Source: Ilumatobacteraceae bacterium
Lineage (GTDB): Bacteria; Actinomycetota; Acidimicrobiia; Acidimicrobiales; Ilumatobacteraceae
Assembly: GCA_023262255.1 (NCBI GenBank)
Contig: JALRBT010000001.1
Location: 1-59,972 of the forward strand
Length of the DNA: 59,972 bases
Reading direction: 5' to 3'
Of this stretch, positions 47,528 through 56,034 are shown piece by piece. The notes under the pieces are model-generated. The model worked only from the letters and a program-made list of their open reading frames with translations. It was not told the DNA's origin and searched no databases. The stretch's first letter is position 1; each line of letters starts with the position of its first letter. The position numbers were made by a program, and so were the translations under genes.

Positions 47528-47658
47528 GCTGGCTCAACGCGGGGGCTCTTGCGCGTACCGCCTACTGCTTGCTTCGCACGTCGAACAGCTTGGCCGATGG
47601 TCGCCACTTCCTGGGCTCAGCCCCGTTGGACTCGATGCCCACACCGTAGTGTTGCGCC

Positions 47659-49173
47659 ATGACCATGGAGCGGTTCGATGTCGTGGTGGTTGGCGCCGGA
47701 ATATCCGGAATTGGCGCGGGTGTCCATCTCCAGCATGAGTCACCCGACCGTAGTTTCGTAATTCTCGAAGGTCGAGAGAACATCGGCGGTACGTGGGACT
47801 TGTTCAAGTACCCGGGCATCCGCTCCGATAGCGACATGCACACCCTCGGCTACGAGTTCAGACCGTGGAAATCCGAGAAGTCGATTGCCGATGGAGCGTC
47901 GATCATGGAGTACCTGCGCGAAACCGTGGCCGAACACGATCTGGAGCGCCACATGCGCTTCGGCGAGCGAGTGGTGCGCGCCGAATGGTCGACACCAACC
48001 GCGTCGTGGACCGTGCACACCCTTCGGACGAACGGTTCACGGGGCGTCTTCGAATGCAACTACCTCTTCATGTGCGCGGGGTACTACTCGTACAGGGCCG
48101 GGTACCTGCCCGAATTCGTGGGACGGGAACGATTCACGGGTCGCATCGTGCACCCGCAGGACTGGCCCGACGACCTCGACTACACCGACAAGCGGGTGGT
48201 GGTGATCGGATCGGGTGCCACCGCGGTCACGTTGGTGCCGGCAATGGCAGGCACCGCATCGCACGTCACCATGCTGCAACGCTCCCCCACGTACATGGTC
48301 TCGCGACCCGATTCTGACGCTCTCGCCAACTTTCTACGCAAGGTACTGCCGGCGAAAGTGGCGTACAACATCACTCGTGCCAAGAACACCTGGCGACAGC
48401 AATTGGTGTACAAGCGAACACGCACCAAACCCGAGCAGATCAAGAACCTGCTCCTGGGCGGAATTCAGTTGGAACTCGGTGGCCGCTACCCCGTCCAGAA
48501 GCATTTCACCCCCACGTACAACCCGTGGGATCAACGGCTGTGCCTGGTCCCCAACTCCGACCTCTTCGCTGCCATTCGATCGGGCCGTGCGTCCGTCGTT
48601 ACGGACACGATCGAAACATTCACCGAGACCGGAATCCTCCTTCGTTCTGGTCAACACCTTGCCGCCGACGTCATCGTGACCGCAACCGGATTACAACTGG
48701 TCACGTTGGGAGAGGCAGAGTTCACTGTCGACGGCACTCCGGTGGACTTTTCCACGACGCGCACCTACAAGGGAATGGCGTACTCCGACGTGCCGAACTT
48801 GGCGACAAGTTTCGGTTACATCAACGCGTCTTGGACGCTGCGTGCAGACCTCACCTGTACCTACGTGTGTCGGTTACTCAACCACATGCGCGATACCGGC
48901 ACTCGTCAATGCACCCCCCGACTGCGCCCCGGCGAACACGACATGCCGCGACGCCCCTGGATCGACGGCTTTTCGTCGGGATACATGCAACGCGTCATGC
49001 ATCTCATGCCCAGTCAGGGTGACCGCGAACCGTGGATCAATCCGCAGAACTATGACAAGGACAAAAAAATGTTCCGCGAAGGCAAGGTGGACGATGGCGT
49101 CATGCACTTCACGAACCCCGCGTCGACGCGCGAGCGACGCGACACAACCACCTCCGGCGCTGCGGTGTCGTAG
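47659..49173 (+). CDS. EthA-like FAD-containing Baeyer-Villiger-type monooxygenase
   Basis: FAD site VVVGAGISGIGAG, GGTWDLFKYPGIRSDSD, BVMO fingerprint FTGRIVHPQDWP, and NADP site VIGSGATAV. It appears collinear throughout with mycobacterial EthA as I remember it. Confidence 0.85.
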   Translation: MTMERFDVVVVGAGISGIGAGVHLQHESPDRSFVILEGRENIGGTWDLFKYPGIRSDSDMHTLGYEFRPWKSEKSIADGASIMEYLRETVAEHDLERHMRFGERVVRAEWSTPTASWTVHTLRTNGSRGVFECNYLFMCAGYYSYRAGYLPEFVGRERFTGRIVHPQDWPDDLDYTDKRVVVIGSGATAVTLVPAMAGTASHVTMLQRSPTYMVSRPDSDALANFLRKVLPAKVAYNITRAKNTWRQQLVYKRTRTKPEQIKNLLLGGIQLELGGRYPVQKHFTPTYNPWDQRLCLVPNSDLFAAIRSGRASVVTDTIETFTETGILLRSGQHLAADVIVTATGLQLVTLGEAEFTVDGTPVDFSTTRTYKGMAYSDVPNLATSFGYINASWTLRADLTCTYVCRLLNHMRDTGTRQCTPRLRPGEHDMPRRPWIDGFSSGYMQRVMHLMPSQGDREPWINPQNYDKDKKMFREGKVDDGVMHFTNPASTRERRDTTTSGAAVS

Positions 49174-49179
49174 CAACAC

Positions 49180-49647
49180 GTGTCTCGCACGCTCGTCGGG
49201 GGCACTAGCACCGCGCTGGTCGTGGTGTACGCGATTGGTGCCGGTCGTTGGGTGTCGACTGATGCAGGCTGGTATCGCTCGCTGACCAAACCGCCCTGGC
49301 AACCCCCCGACGTGGTGTTCGGTCTCATTTGGCCGTACAACTTCGTGATGATCGCCGTTGCCGGCTGGGCCGTGGCGGCCCGAGAGTCCCGAACCGAGCA
49401 CGTCGTGTGGATCACCTCTCTGGCGCTCAGCGTGGCAGCATCGTTGTGCTGGGCCTACCTGTTCTACGTGCCGCATTCACTATGGGCGTCAGGGGTTGTG
49501 CTGACAACAGCGACACTGCTAACCGTGCCACTTATCGTGCTTGCGTTTCGAGCATCGACGCCGCTCGGGGTTGCGTTGCTGCCGTACCAACTGTGGCTTT
49601 CGGTGGCGACGTCACTCGCGTTCGGCTATGCCGCGCGCAATCCGTGA
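49180..49647 (+). CDS. TspO/MBR family tryptophan-rich sensory protein
   Basis: WYRSLTKPPWQPPDVVFGLIWPYNF and LLPYQLWLSVATSL; 5 TM segments. It starts 6 nt after the monooxygenase stop. Confidence 0.85.
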   Translation: MSRTLVGGTSTALVVVYAIGAGRWVSTDAGWYRSLTKPPWQPPDVVFGLIWPYNFVMIAVAGWAVAARESRTEHVVWITSLALSVAASLCWAYLFYVPHSLWASGVVLTTATLLTVPLIVLAFRASTPLGVALLPYQLWLSVATSLAFGYAARNP

Positions 49648-49760
49648 CTATGCCACAAATTTTCAAGTGGTGACGATCATCGTCTGCAGGCTGTGGCCTG
49701 GCCGGGCACCGTGGGGTTGCCACGCCGACGGCGCCGCCCTAGCCCGGTGCCTACGGCATC

Positions 49761-49837
49761 TGGTGGGCGTTGAGGGACTCGAACCCCCGACCCTCTCCTT
49801 GTAAGGGAGATGCTCTAACCAACTGAGCTAAACGCCC
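49761..49837 (-). tRNA. tRNA-Val (anticodon TAC)
   Basis: The reverse complement folds with acceptor gggcgtt/aacgccc and anticodon arm tctcc-cttacaa-ggaga. The T loop is ttcgagt. CCA is encoded. Confidence 0.9.
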
Positions 49838-49927
49838 GCAAGCCGTCGAAAAACGCTGCGACCAGCCCTCAGCCTACGAGCACCATTTGGCCCGATCTCC
49901 CGCGACGAATCGAATTCGACTTAGCGT

Positions 49928-52171
49928 TCAACTGAGCTTGAAACGCAGGATGCGGTTGCCGAACTTCTGCTCTCCCACCCACAAATAGCCGTGCGTGACC
50001 ATGAGCGCTCGCGGCATGCGGAACTTGTTGATACCCAAACCGGAGTTGGCCTTGGTCGCCCCCGTTGACGCACCGAGCACCGCCGTGGGTGCTCCTCCCG
50101 CAAGTGCAGCAGACATCGTCGACCACCACACCACGCGATCAAACCCGGTGTCGGCAACGAAGAGCCCACCATTCACGGGCAGACCACCCATCGGCAGGTT
50201 GAACTGCGTTCCCGTCACCGTGGTACCCGACTGGTTGTCGGCAAGCGCCCCAACCGTCCACACGTACGTACCCGGATTGCCGATGCAGGTCAGAACCAGA
50301 TAGTTACCGTCCGAGCGCAATTGCGTTGCTGCCGCGCAACCAGGCAGGGTGAACACGGGAGCGCTCGTCGACGTGGGGATTTGGTTGAACACGTACACCT
50401 TGGCCGACTGTTTGTCGGCGAGATAGATGTAGTTGTTGTCCGCCGCAATCGCGGTGAGACCCGACATGGTCACTCCACCGATGTTGGTGTCCAACGTGGT
50501 GGTCGGCAGTGAGGTCTTGCTCTGCGGTATGCCGCCGGACCAGAGGTGCAGTTTGCCCTCTCCCACCACCGCATAAATCTTGGTGCCCTTGAACGTTGCT
50601 GCAACCGAGTCCCACGGCTGGAACGGCACGATGAACGAGTGATCGGGCTTGGCGTTGTTGTCGCCCGGCACCTTCTTCCACACGTACACGCGACGCTCGA
50701 AGTCGGTGTTAATCGCCAACGATGTTCCGTCCGACGCCATCACCGGATTGGTGATCATGAATGCAGCACGATTGGAATTGTCCGCCGGTCCCGATGATCC
50801 CACGTAGAAGTCCGCTGCCTGACTCGCCGATGTCGGCACGGCGTTCCATGCGGCGATACGACTGGCGTTGTATTCGAGAACGTAGATGCGGTTGCCGATC
50901 TTCACGACATCGCCACCGTCACCACCCTGTAGTCCAACGTCGGGTGGTGTCACTGTAAGTTCCGGACTGGCGGGGTTCGACGTGGGGAAGGTGCGAAGAA
51001 TCTCGAGATCACGTTGCAACAAATACACACCAGTCGAATCGATGTGGCCGGTGTACCAACCGGCGTTCTTGTCGCGACCGAACAACATGAAGTAATCCGG
51101 GTTGGAACTTGCCGACGTGGGGAAACTGTTCCATACGTGCGAGCCACGGTTCCCGAGCGGCGACCTGGAGTTCTCGTCCCCGATGATCACCCGAGTGCCA
51201 TCGGAGGTGATCTGTCGCGGCGTTCCCATGATGTCCGGATCGACGGTGAACGAGGCGGCGGTTTGGCCCGATGCCGTCGGAATGGTGTTCCATACCTTCA
51301 CGTCCCCGGCCTCGGTTCGCGAGACCATCATCTTGGTACCGTCGGTCCACACGCCCCAGGGCCACGAACCCTCCCCGAGATCGAGCGAAAGGTCGGCGGC
51401 TTGACCATTCGTCGTGGGGAACGTTCGCCAGATGAGAATGCGATGGTTGCTCGAGTCAGCGACCATGAGCATGCCCGATGCCGAGATGGAGAGATCGCTC
51501 GGCCAGTTCATTTCGGTGAGTGCCGAACCGGAATTGTTGGTGGAGAAGTTCGGCTGACCCAGCACCAGGTTTGGTGCGGTATTGGCCGTCGGGGCCGAGT
51601 TCCAGATCAGCACACGGTTGTTGTTACGGTCGGCGATCGCCAGACGGGTTCCGTCGGTGGCCATGCCGGCCGGATGGTTGAAGAACAACGCTCCACCGGA
51701 CTCGTTCGCCACACCGGGCATGCTCATGAACCCCACCGCTGATTGCCCGTTCGTCACCGACGTCCCGGAGGTAACCGCCAGTTCCGCATACGTGGTGGTG
51801 TAATCGCAACCGACGATGTTGTTCACCCCGGTACTGGTGGCCTTGTAGGTGGCCTTGTCACAATCCGAGGCCGACGCAGCACCGGTCGGACCGTCGCCCG
51901 GTTTGCCGGCACCACCAGCAGCCCCACCGCTCCCGCCGGGCAATGCACTGGCCCGTACGCGCCATACGCGCCGTTTGCCTTCCTTTACGCAGATGAAGTC
52001 GGTCGACTTCTTCTTTTTCTTCACGGTGAACAACTGCCCCACCTTCGAGCACTTCGCTCCGTTCTTTACGCTCGCCGCCGACGCCACGGGCGCCATGAGC
52101 ATCAGGAGCCCGGCGAGGGCGAGTACGTGGGGAATCCGACGAGCGTGGCGAGAACGATGGAATGAAGTCAT
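49928..52171 (-). CDS. secreted multi-blade beta-propeller (NHL-like) repeat protein with a small Lys/Cys-rich N-terminal module
   Basis: The signal peptide ends in APVASAAS. It is followed by a CSKVGQ...KKKKKSTDFICVKEGKRRVW module and a Gly-rich linker. About 12 units of the type NNRVLIWNSAPT / NHRILIWRTFPT / VKVWNTIPT / RIAAWNAVPT follow. Confidence 0.7.
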   Translation of the reverse strand: MTSFHRSRHARRIPHVLALAGLLMLMAPVASAASVKNGAKCSKVGQLFTVKKKKKSTDFICVKEGKRRVWRVRASALPGGSGGAAGGAGKPGDGPTGAASASDCDKATYKATSTGVNNIVGCDYTTTYAELAVTSGTSVTNGQSAVGFMSMPGVANESGGALFFNHPAGMATDGTRLAIADRNNNRVLIWNSAPTANTAPNLVLGQPNFSTNNSGSALTEMNWPSDLSISASGMLMVADSSNHRILIWRTFPTTNGQAADLSLDLGEGSWPWGVWTDGTKMMVSRTEAGDVKVWNTIPTASGQTAASFTVDPDIMGTPRQITSDGTRVIIGDENSRSPLGNRGSHVWNSFPTSASSNPDYFMLFGRDKNAGWYTGHIDSTGVYLLQRDLEILRTFPTSNPASPELTVTPPDVGLQGGDGGDVVKIGNRIYVLEYNASRIAAWNAVPTSASQAADFYVGSSGPADNSNRAAFMITNPVMASDGTSLAINTDFERRVYVWKKVPGDNNAKPDHSFIVPFQPWDSVAATFKGTKIYAVVGEGKLHLWSGGIPQSKTSLPTTTLDTNIGGVTMSGLTAIAADNNYIYLADKQSAKVYVFNQIPTSTSAPVFTLPGCAAATQLRSDGNYLVLTCIGNPGTYVWTVGALADNQSGTTVTGTQFNLPMGGLPVNGGLFVADTGFDRVVWWSTMSAALAGGAPTAVLGASTGATKANSGLGINKFRMPRALMVTHGYLWVGEQKFGNRILRFKLS

Positions 52172-52272
52172 GCGAACAGAATAATGAATACTTCTTCTCA
52201 GAATCGAGGATTTACGAACGGCTCAGCAGGTGCGCCATGTCCAGATTTGACAGCACTTTGTACGCTCTCGGT

Positions 52273-53598
52273 ATGCCGAAACACGCACGAGCACTCGGGA
52301 TTGCCTGCGTTAGCTTTTTGTTTGCTGCAGGTAGTCCCCTACCAAGCGCTTCACCCGCCCACGCCAGTGACCTAGGGGTCACCGACTTCAATATTGCGAT
52401 GAATCTTGCTGGTCTTGCCCAAAGCACCGTGTCGATCGGCTCCCTCAATTGCACCGAAGGTGGTCGCACCTTTGCTTCGACCCAGGACATGTTGATTGGC
52501 TTCGCAACGGACAGCAGAGTGCAAGGTCAAATTAATCTTAGTTGCCGTCCATCATTAAACATCAATAGTGGCGTTCGTGCAATTTCGGGCACGATGTCGA
52601 TTCCTTCAAAGGGAGTGACCGACGGCGTCTTCAATGCCGAGTGTTCTGCTAAAAGCAGCATGTCGGTGGTGGCGAGCGTCGCGGTCGGCGCCGCGGTACC
52701 AGGCTTACTCTCGGTGAATGTATCAAGTGCATCTGCTCCACTTGCATTCAGCTGCTCATTCAAGGGCTCCTCGGCAGCGAAGTCCACCGACGTCTATGGC
52801 ACGATCGAAGGCTTCGGCGATGTCACCGGAATGTGTAGTTCGGCCTGCGTTGCCATCGGAATGACGGCTCGAGCCACGATCACTTCGGGTACTGGGGAAC
52901 TCAATGGACAAACTGGTTCTGGCACCTACACCTACACCGATGCGTTTGAACTGCCGGAATTGGCAGCCGTGGCCGACACGTTGGCTCGAATGAAGAATAC
53001 GAAGCGTGTTCGTGATGAGCGAGTGTCGTGTCCAGAAGGTGCATCCGACTGCACGATTTACGACTCAAGCCCCTGCCCGAACGGCGAAGACACCTGCACG
53101 TTCTCGCGAGAAGGCGAGGGAGGCGGAGAGGACTCCTTCACCTGTCCTGAGGGAGCAACTTGCACTATTACTACCTCCCCGCCAAGAAACGCCAACGACG
53201 TTCTCACCGATTTGCGATTTGCGGGATCGAGACCTCCCTCAACAATGAATGTGACTCTTCGGTCAGGACCAGGCGATGTGGTGCTACTTCGCCCCGTCCC
53301 CACCGTTGATGGAGGCGTCGCAGCGCTGACAGCATCGCAGCCAATCTCCCTAGCAGGACCGCCCGCTGCAAAATGCACACTCACATTCTCCGGAAGAAAG
53401 AAGTTGAAGCGCTCGGTCGTTCTCGGATCCAATGGGTCGCTCAACGTGCCTTACAGCCCAGCACAACTCAGCGCTCTCATACGTCAGCTGGGATTCCCAA
53501 AGAAATCAAAGACGAAGCCAACAATCTCGGTGTCGACGACATGCACAAGCGAGTTGGGTACCACTCCGACACGAAGTCGCAGGCTGCAGCTCGGCTGA
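52273..53598 (+). CDS. secreted Cys-rich hypothetical protein in a low-GC patch
   Basis: The ATG at 52273 gives a signal peptide MPKHARALGIACVSFLFAAGSPLPSASPAHA. The motif CPEGA(S/T)xCTI occurs twice. It is the only long ORF in this patch. Confidence 0.6.
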   Translation: MPKHARALGIACVSFLFAAGSPLPSASPAHASDLGVTDFNIAMNLAGLAQSTVSIGSLNCTEGGRTFASTQDMLIGFATDSRVQGQINLSCRPSLNINSGVRAISGTMSIPSKGVTDGVFNAECSAKSSMSVVASVAVGAAVPGLLSVNVSSASAPLAFSCSFKGSSAAKSTDVYGTIEGFGDVTGMCSSACVAIGMTARATITSGTGELNGQTGSGTYTYTDAFELPELAAVADTLARMKNTKRVRDERVSCPEGASDCTIYDSSPCPNGEDTCTFSREGEGGGEDSFTCPEGATCTITTSPPRNANDVLTDLRFAGSRPPSTMNVTLRSGPGDVVLLRPVPTVDGGVAALTASQPISLAGPPAAKCTLTFSGRKKLKRSVVLGSNGSLNVPYSPAQLSALIRQLGFPKKSKTKPTISVSTTCTSELGTTPTRSRRLQLG

Positions 53599-53623
53599 TT
53601 CACTCGAACCACGTGTTGGCTGT

Positions 53624-54289
53624 TTAACTGAATGCATCAGTCGGCAAATCACGTTCACTTGCCGAGATCACCGCAACGATTCGCGCCGCGACGAAATCCG
53701 GCGCGAGACCCTGCGGCATCTTGGGAGCCACACCAGCCAGCGGTCGTGTTGCGAGCCCCGTTTCGGTGTGCGGCGGTCGTGCATCGATCACATCGATACG
53801 CCGACGACGCAATTCGCGACCCGCGGCCGTCATCGCGGCCCACGCAGCAGCCTTCGACGCACTGTACGCAGTCATGCCTGCCACGGGCTGCGATGCAACC
53901 ACCCCGGAGATGTTCACGAAGAATCCCCCGTCGCTGAGGTGCGCGGCACTTTCCCGCAACATCACGATCGGTGCGATTGCGTTCACCGCGAACAGCGTTG
54001 CCAGCGTGGTGTCATCCAGATCCGCAACGTTGCCGAAGGCCACGACACCGGTTGCGTTCACCACGCCGTCGAACGGCGCAACTGACGCAAAGGCCGTGCG
54101 CAACGCCGCATGGTCGGTAACGTCCGCCAACGCATACTGCGCCACACTCGCCCCATCCAGCCGAGTGTGATCGCGCACGATGGCCGACACTCGCGCACCA
54201 GCAGTAGCCAGGTGCCGGGCGACGGCGGCGCCCAACACACCGGATGCCCCGACCACCACCACGTGGGCACCACGGAGTTCGCGTGACAT
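53624..54289 (-). CDS. short-chain dehydrogenase/reductase family oxidoreductase
   Basis: VVVGASGVLGAAV Rossmann motif and YSASKAA (YxxxK). Confidence 0.8.
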   Translation of the reverse strand: MSRELRGAHVVVVGASGVLGAAVARHLATAGARVSAIVRDHTRLDGASVAQYALADVTDHAALRTAFASVAPFDGVVNATGVVAFGNVADLDDTTLATLFAVNAIAPIVMLRESAAHLSDGGFFVNISGVVASQPVAGMTAYSASKAAAWAAMTAAGRELRRRRIDVIDARPPHTETGLATRPLAGVAPKMPQGLAPDFVAARIVAVISASERDLPTDAFS

Positions 54290-54290
54290 G

Positions 54291-55058
54291 TCAGGAGTCC
54301 GTGCGCACGTTGCGCAGCGGGTCGAACAGTTGGGGTGTTGCAGCGACTACCGGTGAACGGCGTTCCGCGTGCTCGGTGACGATTAACGGCCGGTCGAGCA
54401 TGTCGCCCACCACTGCGCCGGCTTCGGCACAGATGTGCACGCTCGCCAGATAATCCCATGCGCCGTGCGACGAGAGATCCACCCAAGCGTCGAGCGTTCC
54501 CTGGGCAACGAGGCAAATGTCCAACGCTGCTGCCCCGAGTGCGCGAAACTGCGCCCAGCCCGGGTGCCTCTTGGGCAATCCCGACACACCGACGACGGCG
54601 TCGCTCAGCCGGGTGCATGATGACGGCGCAATTCGAACGCCGTTATGAAAGGCGCCGCCACCGGTGGTTGCCGTCCAGCGATCGGTGTTGGTGAACTGGT
54701 TTGCCACGAGCGATGCTCGATGACCGTTCGAGTCGATGGCAGCCAGGGCGGTTGCATACCAGGGCACGCGCCGACTGGCGTTGGTCGAGCCGTCGAGTGG
54801 ATCCATCACCACGATGACGGAGTCGTCGTTCCAGTCCCCCGTGCGTCCACTCTCTTCGGAAAGCACCGCACATCCCGCTCCGTGCAACACCTCGAGCGCC
54901 GCCGCATCGGCTCGCAGGTCCACCGAGTATTGCGTGGCCCGCTTGCCCGAGAAACCCCAGTCGGTGTTGCTGGCGAGCACCTCGTAGGTGGCGTCGGCAA
55001 CCTCGTGCAACACCCGGAGGATGTCGTCGTTGGACGAAGCGACGGAGAGCTTGGTCAT
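54291..55058 (-). CDS. inositol monophosphatase family protein (SuhB/HisN-like)
   Basis: LSEESG, VMDPLDGSTN and GAWDYLA motifs. Confidence 0.85.
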   Translation of the reverse strand: MTKLSVASSNDDILRVLHEVADATYEVLASNTDWGFSGKRATQYSVDLRADAAALEVLHGAGCAVLSEESGRTGDWNDDSVIVVMDPLDGSTNASRRVPWYATALAAIDSNGHRASLVANQFTNTDRWTATTGGGAFHNGVRIAPSSCTRLSDAVVGVSGLPKRHPGWAQFRALGAAALDICLVAQGTLDAWVDLSSHGAWDYLASVHICAEAGAVVGDMLDRPLIVTEHAERRSPVVAATPQLFDPLRNVRTDS

Positions 55059-55067
55059 CGGGATTCC

Positions 55068-56006
55068 TCAGCGTTCATCTCGAACGAACGGCTGGCCCAA
55101 CATCTTTGGTGCGCCGAGGAGCCGGCGTGCGCGTGGCGTCGACAACGCCACCAGTACGGCAAGGGTGATGAGATAGGGAAACATCGCCAAGATGGTCGGC
55201 GGCAGGATTCGAATCTGCTCGGCCTGCAACGTGAACGGCACCTGCAACGAGAACCCGAACAACACTGCCCCGCCGATTGCTCGAATCGGCCGCCACGATG
55301 CAAACACCACCAATGCCAGGGCAATCCACCCGATGCCATTGGTGGTCGCCGACTGATTCCACGCCGCCGATCGGGCGAACATGTACCACGCCCCGGCAAA
55401 GGTCATCAGTGCGCCACCAACCACCGTGTGCACCCAACGGATGCGTGCCACCGATCCACCTTGGGCGTCCACCGTTGCCGGTGCGTCTCCCGTTGCGCGC
55501 AGCAACAACCCCGGGCGGGTTCGGTGCATGTAGAACGACGCTGCTGCCACCAGCACCCAGGTGAGGTACGTGAACAAATCGTGCCCAAACACCACGGGGC
55601 CGAAGAAGGGGGTGTCCGACAGCGCGCCGAAATCGATGGGCCGAATGAGCACCGGCAACGGATCGCCCTCGATCGGTTTGCCGATGAATTGCGAGAGCCC
55701 CGTGGCAAAGATGACCATCGCCAGGCCCGACACGATCTGGTTCGCCCGAAGTCCAACCGTGAGGGCGGCGTGCACCGACGCCAATGCAACACCAACCAAC
55801 ACCGCCACGAATAGTGCCAACCACAAACTTCCGCTGGAGTCCGCCACGAGGAAGCCCGTCACCGCACCCATCAGGAGCATGCCCTCGACGCCCAAATTGA
55901 TGACGCCACTTCGCTCGGTGAGAATCGCACCCAGCGACGCAAGGATCAGCGTGGTGGCGATGCTGATGGCATCGGCAAAGGTGAGCAACCAGATGTTGGA
56001 GTTCAT
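55068..56006 (-). CDS. ABC transporter permease (BMP/nucleoside-sugar uptake family)
   Basis: 312-aa polytopic protein, last gene of an SBP-ATPase-permease-permease operon. Confidence 0.85.
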   Translation of the reverse strand: MNSNIWLLTFADAISIATTLILASLGAILTERSGVINLGVEGMLLMGAVTGFLVADSSGSLWLALFVAVLVGVALASVHAALTVGLRANQIVSGLAMVIFATGLSQFIGKPIEGDPLPVLIRPIDFGALSDTPFFGPVVFGHDLFTYLTWVLVAAASFYMHRTRPGLLLRATGDAPATVDAQGGSVARIRWVHTVVGGALMTFAGAWYMFARSAAWNQSATTNGIGWIALALVVFASWRPIRAIGGAVLFGFSLQVPFTLQAEQIRILPPTILAMFPYLITLAVLVALSTPRARRLLGAPKMLGQPFVRDER

Positions 56007-56034
56007 ACGACGGCCATCCGGAATCGACGCGTTC

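Noticed and set aside
49761-53623. Idea that tRNA-Val marks the integration site of a genomic island carrying the propeller and Cys-rich genes
   Set aside because: I saw no integrase, excisionase or mobility gene, and no direct repeat of the tRNA 3' end. The atypical DNA lies on the 5' side of the tRNA, whereas tRNA-targeting islands normally abut the 3' end. Only the compositional anomaly is retained as a finding.
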